This document shows, in pieces, positions 34,560 to 42,662 of a stretch of 64,000 bases of DNA. The position numbers were made by a program, and so were the translations under genes. Below the pieces are notes generated by a model that searched no databases, had not been told where the DNA came from, and saw only the letters and a list, made by a program, of their open reading frames with translations. Origin of the DNA: a virus (Duplodnaviria > Heunggongvirae > Uroviricota > Caudoviricetes); the IMG/VR virus record IMGVR_UViG_3300035182_000695, positions 26,755 to 90,754 of that record. One strand, given 5' to 3'. Each line of letters opens with the position of its first letter. Positions within the stretch are counted from its first letter, which is position 1.

Positions 34560-35990
34560 ATTTTCAAAAAAAATATTTAAAAAAACGTCTTCAAGCAAGC
34601 AGGAACTCTCGTCATTTTTGGCTTTTGTTATCGCAAACCTGCTTGCGAGAAGGCTATTTATTCAATGTTAGTAAGCTCAAAGCATAGACTCGAACTCAAC
34701 AATAAGCAGAGAACACTAGCGTTTAAACACGCTGGAATAGCTAGACACGCTTGGAATTGGGGAGTTAAAATGTGTCAAGAAGCTTCTGAAAAAAGAGAGA
34801 AATTGCCGTCAGCAATGACGCTTCATAAAAAATTAGTTGCGGAAGTTAAAGTTGAAAACCCTTGGTATTATGAAGTTTCAAAGTGCGCTCCGCAAGAGTC
34901 TTTGAGAAATTTAGACGAGGCATGGCGTAATTATTTTCACAACTTAAAAAATGGAGCAATTCAGAAAAAGAAAAAATCATATATTTCAGAACGAAAACGA
35001 AAAGGATTGCCGATTAATACCAAAAAACTTTTCGACTTAGGTAAGCCAAATTTTAAGAAAAAAGGGATGCGTGATTCTTTTTGTTTAAACTCTCATGCAA
35101 TAAAAATATCAGGAAATAAAATCAAAGTTCCTATATTCGGTTGGCTTAAAATTAGTGAAAAATATAATGATAGTTTTATTATAAAAGGTGTGGTCATGTC
35201 AAGAACGGCTAACGATTGGTTTGTAAGTTTTCATAGAGAAGTTGATAATTTAAAAATTGAAGGAATTGAATCAAAGCCTAGTATCGGCGTTGATTTAGGA
35301 ATAAAAACTTTAGCGATTTTAAGTGATGGTGTTGAATTTAAAAATGTAAATGCTTTCGGGATAAATAAAAGAAAATTAAAATTAGCGCAAAGAAAACAAT
35401 CTAAAAATTTCAATAAAGACAGTAAAACACAGAGTAATAACTATAAAAAAGCAATTAAAAAAGTAGCGAAAATTTATCAAAGAATAGCAAATATTCGCAA
35501 AGATGCAACTCATAAATTAACAACATATCTTGCTAAGAACCACAGCCTGATAGGGATTGAAGATTTAAACGTGAGTGGAATGATGAAAAACAGAAAGCTA
35601 TCAAGCGCAATCGCTGATGGCGGATTTTACGAATTTCGCAGACAATTAGAGTATAAAACTCTTTGGTACGGCTCGAAATTAGTAGTAATCGACAGATTTT
35701 TTCCATCATCAAAAACTTGTTGTTGCTGCGGAAACATCAAAGAAAAATTAAAATTGTCAGAGCGAATATACGACTGCGAAGCTTGCCAATTGAGCTTAGA
35801 CAGAGATTTAAACGCTGCGATAAACATACAAAATTATGCGGTGAGTTACACCGTGAATGTCTGTGGAGAGTTACAAAAACAGTCGATTTCGACTGAAACT
35901 CAATGAAGCAGAAAGTAAACAGCAAAAATAAAACTTGCAAAAGTTTAGTATTGTATAAGTTTTGCGTAACGGCGATTTAAAAGAAAAGAA
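34560..35990 (+). mobile_element. IS200/IS605-family TnpB-only insertion element (IS1341-like)
   Basis: Intact tnpB flanked by a left hairpin GCAAGCAGG...CCTGCTTGC (34597-34652) and right-end hairpins plus the ACGGCGATT motif (35958-35966) shared with the truncated copy at 169-177. Boundaries approximate. Confidence 0.5.
34665..35906 (+). CDS. tnpB: TnpB (IS605 OrfB; RuvC-like nuclease with C-terminal zinc finger)
   Basis: 413 aa; N-terminal MLVSSKHRLELNNKQRTLAFKHAGIARHAWNWG (TnpB N-terminal consensus), GIEDLNVSGM (RuvC-II region), CCCCGNIKEKLKLSERIYDCEACQLSLDRDLNAAINI (zinc finger plus RuvC-III). Confidence 0.75.
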   Translation: MLVSSKHRLELNNKQRTLAFKHAGIARHAWNWGVKMCQEASEKREKLPSAMTLHKKLVAEVKVENPWYYEVSKCAPQESLRNLDEAWRNYFHNLKNGAIQKKKKSYISERKRKGLPINTKKLFDLGKPNFKKKGMRDSFCLNSHAIKISGNKIKVPIFGWLKISEKYNDSFIIKGVVMSRTANDWFVSFHREVDNLKIEGIESKPSIGVDLGIKTLAILSDGVEFKNVNAFGINKRKLKLAQRKQSKNFNKDSKTQSNNYKKAIKKVAKIYQRIANIRKDATHKLTTYLAKNHSLIGIEDLNVSGMMKNRKLSSAIADGGFYEFRRQLEYKTLWYGSKLVVIDRFFPSSKTCCCCGNIKEKLKLSERIYDCEACQLSLDRDLNAAINIQNYAVSYTVNVCGELQKQSISTETQ

Positions 35991-36016
35991 AATTACAATA
36001 ATAAAAATAAATAAAT

Positions 36017-36475
36017 ATGGCAAAACAAATGAATATGCTTGCGTTAGCTATTTCAATAGCGTCAAAAGCGTTTGAAGGAAAATTAGATAAAGGCGGTAAG
36101 CCTTACATCTTACATTGTTTACGAGTAATGAATGGAGTTGACCAAAGGGATGAAGACAAAATGATTTCAGCTATTTTGCACGACCTTATAGAGGATACTG
36201 ATGAGAAGTCGGAAATTAATTACACATTCGCTTTGCTTTCAGAAATGGGATTCTCTGAGCGTGTAATTAGAATTTTACATTTACTTACTCATTCGCCTGA
36301 AACACCTTATCAAGATTATATAAAAGCTATTTCTGTTGATAAAGATGCTACTGAAATTAAGCTTAGAGACTTAGAAGATAATTCTAATATCGCTAGACTG
36401 AAATCAGTTCGCAAAAAGGATTTCGATAGATTAGAAAAATATCATCACGCTTATTTATACTTAAACGACAATTAA
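36017..36475 (+). CDS. HD-domain small alarmone hydrolase (RelA/SpoT-type (p)ppGpp/(p)ppApp hydrolase domain only)
   Basis: 152 aa; GKPYILHCLRVM and ISAILHDLIEDTD match SpoT hydrolase motifs GEPYIxHPLxVA and AALLHDVVEDT. Confidence 0.6.
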   Translation: MAKQMNMLALAISIASKAFEGKLDKGGKPYILHCLRVMNGVDQRDEDKMISAILHDLIEDTDEKSEINYTFALLSEMGFSERVIRILHLLTHSPETPYQDYIKAISVDKDATEIKLRDLEDNSNIARLKSVRKKDFDRLEKYHHAYLYLNDN

Positions 36476-36561
36476 GATGAGAGATTTTTATATCTTAGCA
36501 AATGAATATCCGTTAACTACATTAGCAATAGCGATATTCATAATTTCAATTGTCTCAATAA

Positions 36562-36930
36562 TTGAAGACGGATTTAAACGTAAAAAATAAACATAAAATG
36601 AAAACACACATCTTTAAACCAAAATTCAAATGTATTGTTCAAGGAGAGCAACAATCGGCAGAAGCATACGCTGAAAAATTAGAAGCGTTCGCTAAAGAAG
36701 TTCACGCAAGAACCGGATTATCTTACATAGCACCAATTATGACATCTTCATCAGACGGAAGAATGACAACTATGTTTCATTGGTCTGAAAACGAAGAAAC
36801 AAACGAAGTTGTTTGGGAAAAAGTTGTTAGAGAAATGGCTCGTTTTTTACCTACAATATTAGAAACTTCAATGATTTCAGAAATTGCTCAAGACCTTACT
36901 GATAGATACAACCGACCATCTGAAAAATAA
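36562..36930 (+). CDS. hypothetical protein
   Basis: 122-aa ORF. Confidence 0.45.
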   Translation: MKTDLNVKNKHKMKTHIFKPKFKCIVQGEQQSAEAYAEKLEAFAKEVHARTGLSYIAPIMTSSSDGRMTTMFHWSENEETNEVVWEKVVREMARFLPTILETSMISEIAQDLTDRYNRPSEK

Positions 36931-36934
36931 TAAT

Positions 36935-37336
36935 ATGGCAACAAAAATACATACAAAAAGAGTTAAAGAGCGTGTTCAGGAAAAGCGAAACAGGTTTATT
37001 GAGAAATATCAAAAATTTGATAAATGGCTTTACTCTATCGGATTTAGAAGCGCAACATTTAAAGAAAATTCTACTTATTTAGATTACAACTATCACACAG
37101 ACATTGATACTATGTACGCAGTTGAATGTTATATACACGACACTCTTAAACTTTCAATTAGATTTATTCGAGAAAATAAAAGACATATTTTTTATGTTAC
37201 AGGTGGCGCACCATACGAGCGTTCTGTTGGAATAAAGCTTGTTGATTTTCAGAAAGATATTTTTAGACAAGTAACTGAATTGAAGCGCAAAAAAATTCAA
37301 GAATTAAATAAAATACCAACACTATTACTGATTTGA
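36935..37336 (+). CDS. hypothetical protein (start at MATKIHTK)
   Basis: Track ORF 36884..37336; the internal ATG at 36935 follows the upstream stop. Confidence 0.45.
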   Translation: MATKIHTKRVKERVQEKRNRFIEKYQKFDKWLYSIGFRSATFKENSTYLDYNYHTDIDTMYAVECYIHDTLKLSIRFIRENKRHIFYVTGGAPYERSVGIKLVDFQKDIFRQVTELKRKKIQELNKIPTLLLI

Positions 37337-37337
37337 T

Positions 37338-37526
37338 ATGTATAAAATTTCATATAGAGGGATATTAAAATACGGTTATGTGACCGTACGGTTTTTTGGC
37401 AAAAAAGGTGGTGTAACAAATAAACCGCCAACAAAATTTAGATTTAAAATGATAGCTAATATTTGTTGTTGGTTACTAAACAAATCAGATGAAGAATTTA
37501 ATACATTTAAAGTAGTAAAAGAATGA
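37338..37526 (+). CDS. small hypothetical protein
   Basis: 62-aa ORF. Confidence 0.35.
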   Translation: MYKISYRGILKYGYVTVRFFGKKGGVTNKPPTKFRFKMIANICCWLLNKSDEEFNTFKVVKE

Positions 37527-37918
37527 AAGCAATCATAACAAGTTTTGAAAAAGACAAAGAAAACAAACTACACAAACACGTTTGCGTAAAAATCCCATTT
37601 AAAAATGTAGAAGTCAGTATAGCGTTTGATAACAGCTTAGGCGCTATGGAAGATTTGCGTAGATACAACTTGTGCGTGTATGATAAAAATGGCGCAAACA
37701 TAACTGAGCGTATCTTAGGAGCATCTGAAAACACACATTCATTTTCTGCTGAATCATTTGTAGAGTTTATCAACAAAGTAAATGATTTTGATAAGCGAGC
37801 AGACTTAGGTAACGCTCTTCAAGCTGCTAAAAAATTAATTGACAAAGCTTATGCGTCTCCAAACAACGAAGAGGGTTATAAAGATATTATTCAAGCAATT
37901 TCTAACACTAGAATATAA
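37523..37918 (+). CDS. hypothetical protein
   Basis: 131-aa ORF. Confidence 0.5.
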   Translation: MKAIITSFEKDKENKLHKHVCVKIPFKNVEVSIAFDNSLGAMEDLRRYNLCVYDKNGANITERILGASENTHSFSAESFVEFINKVNDFDKRADLGNALQAAKKLIDKAYASPNNEEGYKDIIQAISNTRI

Positions 37919-38205
37919 TGAGAAAAGACACGCACTCTGCTTTACTTCAAATAAAAGACGATAAAGGTAATGTATCAACAGCGTTCGTTAGTGGAATACC
38001 TGATAAGTGCGAACACGATGATAATGGCGAGACCATGCAATTCAACGACGCAGGCGAATATTTTAAAGAAAGTGAAATTCCTGACCACAAAACTAATTAT
38101 GATGAATGGTTGGCATTCACAACGAAGCATAGATTGACAGGCGGCTGCGTTTCTTGCTCTAAATGTGGAAAGCCATTTGAATTAGATTTATTCGCAATGC
38201 CTTAA
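37918..38205 (+). CDS. hypothetical protein with a C-terminal zinc ribbon
   Basis: 95 aa; CVSCSKCG. Confidence 0.45.
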   Translation: MRKDTHSALLQIKDDKGNVSTAFVSGIPDKCEHDDNGETMQFNDAGEYFKESEIPDHKTNYDEWLAFTTKHRLTGGCVSCSKCGKPFELDLFAMP

Positions 38206-38209
38206 TATT

Positions 38210-38398
38210 ATGAGTAAACAATCATCTCCATACTGGACAGATAATCAAGTAAAGAAGCTTAAAAAATACTTGAAATCTAAAAAAGGAATTGCTCATATAA
38301 AAAAGATGAGCGACAACGATAAAAGCATTGTTGATGATTGGACTTTTACGCATGAAGAATGGAATAAAATTAAAGATGTACCATTTATACTAAACTAA
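38210..38398 (+). CDS. small hypothetical protein
   Basis: 62-aa ORF. Confidence 0.35.
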   Translation: MSKQSSPYWTDNQVKKLKKYLKSKKGIAHIKKMSDNDKSIVDDWTFTHEEWNKIKDVPFILN

Positions 38399-38400
38399 AT

Positions 38401-38613
38401 ATGAAAACATACATAACATTACTTAATTTTTACGGAGACGGTAAAAGCGAATCTTGGCGATTACCTAATATCCCTAATAAAGGAGATTTAATTGTAATAA
38501 ACAGCACTAAAGCAATTGTTACTTTTAATGAGTATCGCTTTTCGGAAGACGGACAAATTTGTAATGTTTTTATTCATACAACCGAAATTCCTCAACAGTC
38601 TAATCAGCATTAA
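38401..38613 (+). CDS. small hypothetical protein
   Basis: 70-aa ORF. Confidence 0.4.
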   Translation: MKTYITLLNFYGDGKSESWRLPNIPNKGDLIVINSTKAIVTFNEYRFSEDGQICNVFIHTTEIPQQSNQH

Positions 38614-38994
38614 ATGAAGCCAATTAAAAAAAGTGTTTTGATTTGTAGAAAAGTTCGCTTCACTAGCGAAGCACTTGCGAAAACACAATTGTCTGCGATA
38701 AGAGAAAAATCAACAAGAAAAAAAGTACCTATTAGAGTGTATCTTTGTAAGTGTGGTTTTTGGCACTTAACATCTCGACCAGACTCTTTTGAACTTGAAA
38801 GTGAAGTATCTACACTCAAATTAGAAAATGCGTCGCTCAGCGAGTCTCTAAAGAAGGCAAAAGAGCAGATAAAAGAACAAAGCTATGTACTACAAAGCTT
38901 GAGAGATAAATTGCGTAATTGTAGAGCTGATAAAATTAAAGCGTTAAAAGAAATAATAGAATTAAGAAGATGTCAACCGTCAACGAAGAAATAG
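38614..38994 (+). CDS. zinc-finger plus coiled-coil protein (possible regulator)
   Basis: 126 aa; C...C...CKCGFWH, then a leucine-rich coiled coil. Confidence 0.45.
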   Translation: MKPIKKSVLICRKVRFTSEALAKTQLSAIREKSTRKKVPIRVYLCKCGFWHLTSRPDSFELESEVSTLKLENASLSESLKKAKEQIKEQSYVLQSLRDKLRNCRADKIKALKEIIELRRCQPSTKK

Positions 38995-39317
38995 AATTTA
39001 AAAGCACTAACAATCTACTTTTTGAAGTAGCTCCAGGTCCTTATCATACCGATTTCCCTGCTTATAGAGTAGGCACTTGTACGGGCATTTACACTTACAA
39101 CGAAAATGAATATGTTATTGTAGGCGTTGCAAATAATAAAAAAGGAAACGGCCATTTAAACGATGTGTTTGAATGGTTTGAAAATAGCTGCAAGCGAGAT
39201 AATAAGGATTTAGTTGTTGCTGAAATAATGAATAAATCATTTATGAAGCATCTTATTGAAAAAAGAGGTTTTGAGTTTCTTAAAAATAATTATGTGATTA
39301 AATCTTTCAGAAAATGA
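38970..39317 (+). CDS. hypothetical protein
   Basis: 115-aa ORF. Confidence 0.45.
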   Translation: MSTVNEEIEFKSTNNLLFEVAPGPYHTDFPAYRVGTCTGIYTYNENEYVIVGVANNKKGNGHLNDVFEWFENSCKRDNKDLVVAEIMNKSFMKHLIEKRGFEFLKNNYVIKSFRK

Positions 39318-39532
39318 CAGAAGAGAAAATAGGTAATGTAACAACGATTACATTATCTCACGAAGAATTTATTAAATCTATCAAATCGGGAAAATTCCCT
39401 ATGCAGTCAGGTCCATTTCTTGTAGATGGAGTTACTAATATAAACATAACGAATGTACCTGTTGGATTTAAAGAATATTACGCAGATTTAGGTTTTAAAA
39501 TCACGCATACTAATACTGAAAATAATGACTGA
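39314..39532 (+). CDS. small hypothetical protein
   Basis: 72 aa; weakly similar to the next ORF (tandem pair). Confidence 0.4.
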   Translation: MTEEKIGNVTTITLSHEEFIKSIKSGKFPMQSGPFLVDGVTNINITNVPVGFKEYYADLGFKITHTNTENND

Positions 39533-39734
39533 TAAAAGCACAGGTAGAACAAGTGTAATAACGCTAGACTACTCAGAATATACAGCAAATGATTTTAAAC
39601 TACCGGCATCAAAAGACGCTTGGAGAACAAACTGGATAACTAAATATGTTTTAAAGAGTGTTCCAGAAGATGTTGTTGATATAGTTCAAAGTTCTCATTC
39701 GGGAATGAATCTAACAATTAAAAAAATTAAATAA
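39525..39734 (+). CDS. small hypothetical protein
   Basis: 69-aa ORF. Confidence 0.4.
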   Translation: MTDKSTGRTSVITLDYSEYTANDFKLPASKDAWRTNWITKYVLKSVPEDVVDIVQSSHSGMNLTIKKIK

Positions 39735-39737
39735 AAA

Positions 39738-40007
39738 ATGTTTTTAAACGAGCAACTAGAATTCTTTAAAGAGAATATTAAAACGAAACTGATTATGGAG
39801 TGTTGTTCTTGCAACAATACTTATGTAGAACATTTTGATATTAAAGAAATTGAAGACTACGAAAAAACAAAACAAGAGTTTGCTAAAAAAGCATACGAGA
39901 AAGGCTGGCGATATTCTGTATCAACTATTTTTGCCGGAAGAAGGAATAAAGCCATAAGATGTAAATCGTGTCATACTAACAGAAATAATAAAAATTATTT
40001 TGACTAA
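39738..40007 (+). CDS. Cys-rich small protein
   Basis: 89 aa; CCSCNN...CKSCH. Confidence 0.4.
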   Translation: MFLNEQLEFFKENIKTKLIMECCSCNNTYVEHFDIKEIEDYEKTKQEFAKKAYEKGWRYSVSTIFAGRRNKAIRCKSCHTNRNNKNYFD

Positions 40008-40479
40008 AAAGATTCAACTTTCGCAAGGCTTTGAAGCGATTGTGGACGAAGAGGACTTCAATCGTATTAGTGATTTCAAATGGCATATAAACAGAACGAA
40101 AAGCGGATTAATTTACGCTAGGCGAACTATTGTATATCCAAGAGTTAACGGCGTTCAGTCTAAAACAAAACAATACTTACACAGATTTATTTTAGATAAT
40201 TTTGATAAAGATGTGAAAATTATTTTCAGAGATAAAAACCCTCTTAATTGCAGTAAATCTAATTTAATAATCGGGAACGAATCTTGTAAATCTTATAACA
40301 TAACTAAAAGAAAAAAAGGAAAAGTTAAAGGCGTAAGAAAAAAACACAATAAATTTCACGCTAGAATTTTTGACAAAGACAAGTGTATTTTTATAGGCTC
40401 ATTCGACACCGAGTCTCAAGCCAAAGAAGCTTATGATAAATTAAATTCTGAAATGATTAAAAAAAATACTATTTCTTAA
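40000..40479 (+). CDS. HNH_3-like / AP2-domain homing-endonuclease-like protein (HNH core possibly degenerate)
   Basis: 159 aa; YLHRFIL and IIFRDKNPLNCSKSNL resemble the HNH_3 core (vHRlv...vdHiDgnklNN..NL) but with H->R. C-terminal KFHARIFDKDKCIFIGSFDTESQAKEAYDKLN is an AP2 DNA-binding domain signature. Confidence 0.45.
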   Translation: MTKKIQLSQGFEAIVDEEDFNRISDFKWHINRTKSGLIYARRTIVYPRVNGVQSKTKQYLHRFILDNFDKDVKIIFRDKNPLNCSKSNLIIGNESCKSYNITKRKKGKVKGVRKKHNKFHARIFDKDKCIFIGSFDTESQAKEAYDKLNSEMIKKNTIS

Positions 40480-40912
40480 TCCAAAGATAAGTCATTGCTC
40501 CAGTAGCAGCTCCTCCAACAGCAATCGCAACCCATTTATAAACTATCTGCTTTCGTGTTTGTCTGCGGGCATCTTTTAATTTATTATTATACCCAACGAT
40601 TGCATAATCATAAATTTTGAAAGCATCTTTATTGTTTTTAATAACCATCGAAAAATTAGCACTTACTTTTTTCTCAGCTTGCAAAGCAGAGTCGCAATAA
40701 TCTAACTGTACTTCACAAATATTTCGCAAAGTATCACACGTTTGTAATTTGTAATATGTCTTCAATAAAAATTTACTCTGATTTACACTAAAGCAAATCA
40801 TTGTGTCTTTTTTATCATTTAATGTTACTGTTTGTGAAAACGCTGTTAAAGTCAGAAACGACACCGCTAACATTAGAAGCGTCAATTTGTTTTTGTTTTT
40901 TCTCGGATACAT
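40469..40912 (-). CDS. secreted/membrane protein (N-terminal signal peptide, C-terminal TM)
   Basis: 147 aa; last gene of the minus-strand module; overlaps 40815..41153 in another frame. Confidence 0.45.
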   Translation of the reverse strand: MYPRKNKNKLTLLMLAVSFLTLTAFSQTVTLNDKKDTMICFSVNQSKFLLKTYYKLQTCDTLRNICEVQLDYCDSALQAEKKVSANFSMVIKNNKDAFKIYDYAIVGYNNKLKDARRQTRKQIVYKWVAIAVGGAATGAMTYLWIKK

Positions 40913-41153
40913 ACTCTATTTTTGGTTTTAAATGTTCAAGTGAGTCTATTTTTGCTTCAAATTTAATTTCTCTTGCTCTATGATGCTCAGAATCGCTAAT
41001 TAAGCTATCATTTTCTTGTTTTAAAGCATCTAATTGACTTTTTATTGATGTAGTGTCAATCTCAGGTGAATTACCTTTAAATGCAATATATGAAACTATT
41101 GCTAGTGCAATGCTCAAAATGATAATTACGATTGTTTTAGTGTCTAGTTTCAT
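40815..41153 (-). CDS. type-II membrane protein with a periplasmic coiled coil (i-spanin-like topology)
   Basis: 112 aa; N-terminal TM IVIIILSIALAIVSYIAF followed by a coiled coil. Confidence 0.4.
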   Translation of the reverse strand: MKLDTKTIVIIILSIALAIVSYIAFKGNSPEIDTTSIKSQLDALKQENDSLISDSEHHRAREIKFEAKIDSLEHLKPKIEYVSEKKQKQIDASNVSGVVSDFNSVFTNSNIK

Positions 41154-41272
41154 GGCTTATTCTTGATTATATTTTTTCTTTAAAGCTTTGTATGTTGTGA
41201 ATTGAAAAATAATTCCAAAAACCAACACTAATGCAATGCAAGTTACTAATTGTTTTTCGCTTTTATCTAGTA

Positions 41273-41650
41273 TCATTTTGTTTCTGTTTTAGTTGTTGTT
41301 TCTGTTGTGCTTTCTGTTGCGTCTTCACTTGTACTCTCAATTGTTTTTTCTTCTATTGAGCCAGTTGTTTTCTTTTTACCGTATTCGTTTATTCCAAATA
41401 ACGCTAAGATAGCGCCGAAGTCAGCGCCAAGTATTACTGGAAACAAACTAAAATCTCTATTCAAGAACGCATAACTACACCAGTACTCGTGCATCTTTAT
41501 AACACAATACATTAAAGAAATGATTGTTAGTTTTTTACCACTAAGTCCCTTGTTAGAATTATCTAACGAGTACAAACTTTTTTCAATCATCTTAGAAACC
41601 CAAGTGTCTCCAAATGTTGTTTTAAACCAAATTAATAACTTCTTTAACAT
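41273..41650 (-). CDS. membrane protein with a T/E-rich C-terminal tail
   Basis: 125 aa; hydrophobic segments. Confidence 0.45.
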   Translation of the reverse strand: MLKKLLIWFKTTFGDTWVSKMIEKSLYSLDNSNKGLSGKKLTIISLMYCVIKMHEYWCSYAFLNRDFSLFPVILGADFGAILALFGINEYGKKKTTGSIEEKTIESTSEDATESTTETTTKTETK

Positions 41651-41659
41651 AACATTTTT

Positions 41660-42391
41660 TTAATTAGTGAAACCGTTGAACTTAACTACTACACTACCGC
41701 CTTTACAGCCTGCGCTTCTTGTCGGATTACATACTTTACTTGAATCTACTTGTTCTGGTTTTAAAACGCAAGATTGCATACCGTTAGTGTTCGTGCAATT
41801 TGTACAACCGTATGGGAAAACGCCAATTAAGTTAGTGTTCTTGTACATCGAATCGTTATAAAAATATCTTACATCAGGAAATGAATTTGTTGCAACCCAA
41901 TTGCAGCCGCCTATTAAAGATACTGACATTAAACAATTAACGCCGCCAATTGCGCTTATATCAATTGATTCTTGAGTTGTATTTAGATTAAATTCAAATG
42001 CGTTTATGCCAGTTATCCAAGTTTCACTAAAACAATTTATAGGTTGTGCACCAAAACTTACATTTGCTGAAAATCTTTTTATTGAAGTGTAGCTTACTGA
42101 ATCGCTAGCGTGTAAATAAAAACTTCCTACTAATCCTGTTTGAGTTATGCCGAAAATACTATCTACATTTTGCACATAATAAGTTGCTAGGCTATCTTCG
42201 TAGCCTGATAAAGTCAAAAAGACTAAAACACTATCGCTTGTAGTATTAACTATTTTCAACTCAGTATTTGAGCTTTCGCTTTTAACACTTTGTTTTTGTT
42301 TTACTTTACTGATATTAGTTACTATGATTGCTGCAACAGAAGTCATTGCTATCAATGAAATTATTGCTAATGATATTCTTAATTTTTTCAT
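41660..42391 (-). CDS. secreted Cys-rich protein
   Basis: 243 aa; signal-peptide-like N-terminus, S/T-rich linker, ~12 Cys in the C-terminal half. Confidence 0.5.
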   Translation of the reverse strand: MKKLRISLAIISLIAMTSVAAIIVTNISKVKQKQSVKSESSNTELKIVNTTSDSVLVFLTLSGYEDSLATYYVQNVDSIFGITQTGLVGSFYLHASDSVSYTSIKRFSANVSFGAQPINCFSETWITGINAFEFNLNTTQESIDISAIGGVNCLMSVSLIGGCNWVATNSFPDVRYFYNDSMYKNTNLIGVFPYGCTNCTNTNGMQSCVLKPEQVDSSKVCNPTRSAGCKGGSVVVKFNGFTN

Positions 42392-42400
42392 AAATTTATT

Positions 42401-42637
42401 TTAAGTTGTTGGGTACTTGTTTGCTACAAATGCTCTTGCGTAGTTTCCTATTTTAACTTCTATGTCGTCAACTGTATCTGTTTTTTCAAGACGACAGAAG
42501 CCAACATCTAAATTCTCAAAGCCATTGTATGTTTGATTTACAATGCCTGTTCTTATTACAACAGTTATTCCGTAAACACCTTCTTTATTTAAGAAAGGCA
42601 CTTGTTTTGATGTTGAAGATTTTAAAACGTATTCCAT
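42401..42637 (-). CDS. hypothetical protein
   Basis: 78-aa ORF. Confidence 0.45.
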   Translation of the reverse strand: MEYVLKSSTSKQVPFLNKEGVYGITVVIRTGIVNQTYNGFENLDVGFCRLEKTDTVDDIEVKIGNYARAFVANKYPTT

Positions 42638-42662
42638 TTTTTTATTTTTAAATTATTATTAG

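Noticed and set aside
41660-42391. Possible thaumatin-like protein (local matches SIDISAIGGVN vs YIDISNIKGFN, GGCN, many Cys)
   Set aside because: The matches are short and the Cys spacing does not follow the thaumatin 16-Cys pattern. Reported simply as a secreted Cys-rich protein.
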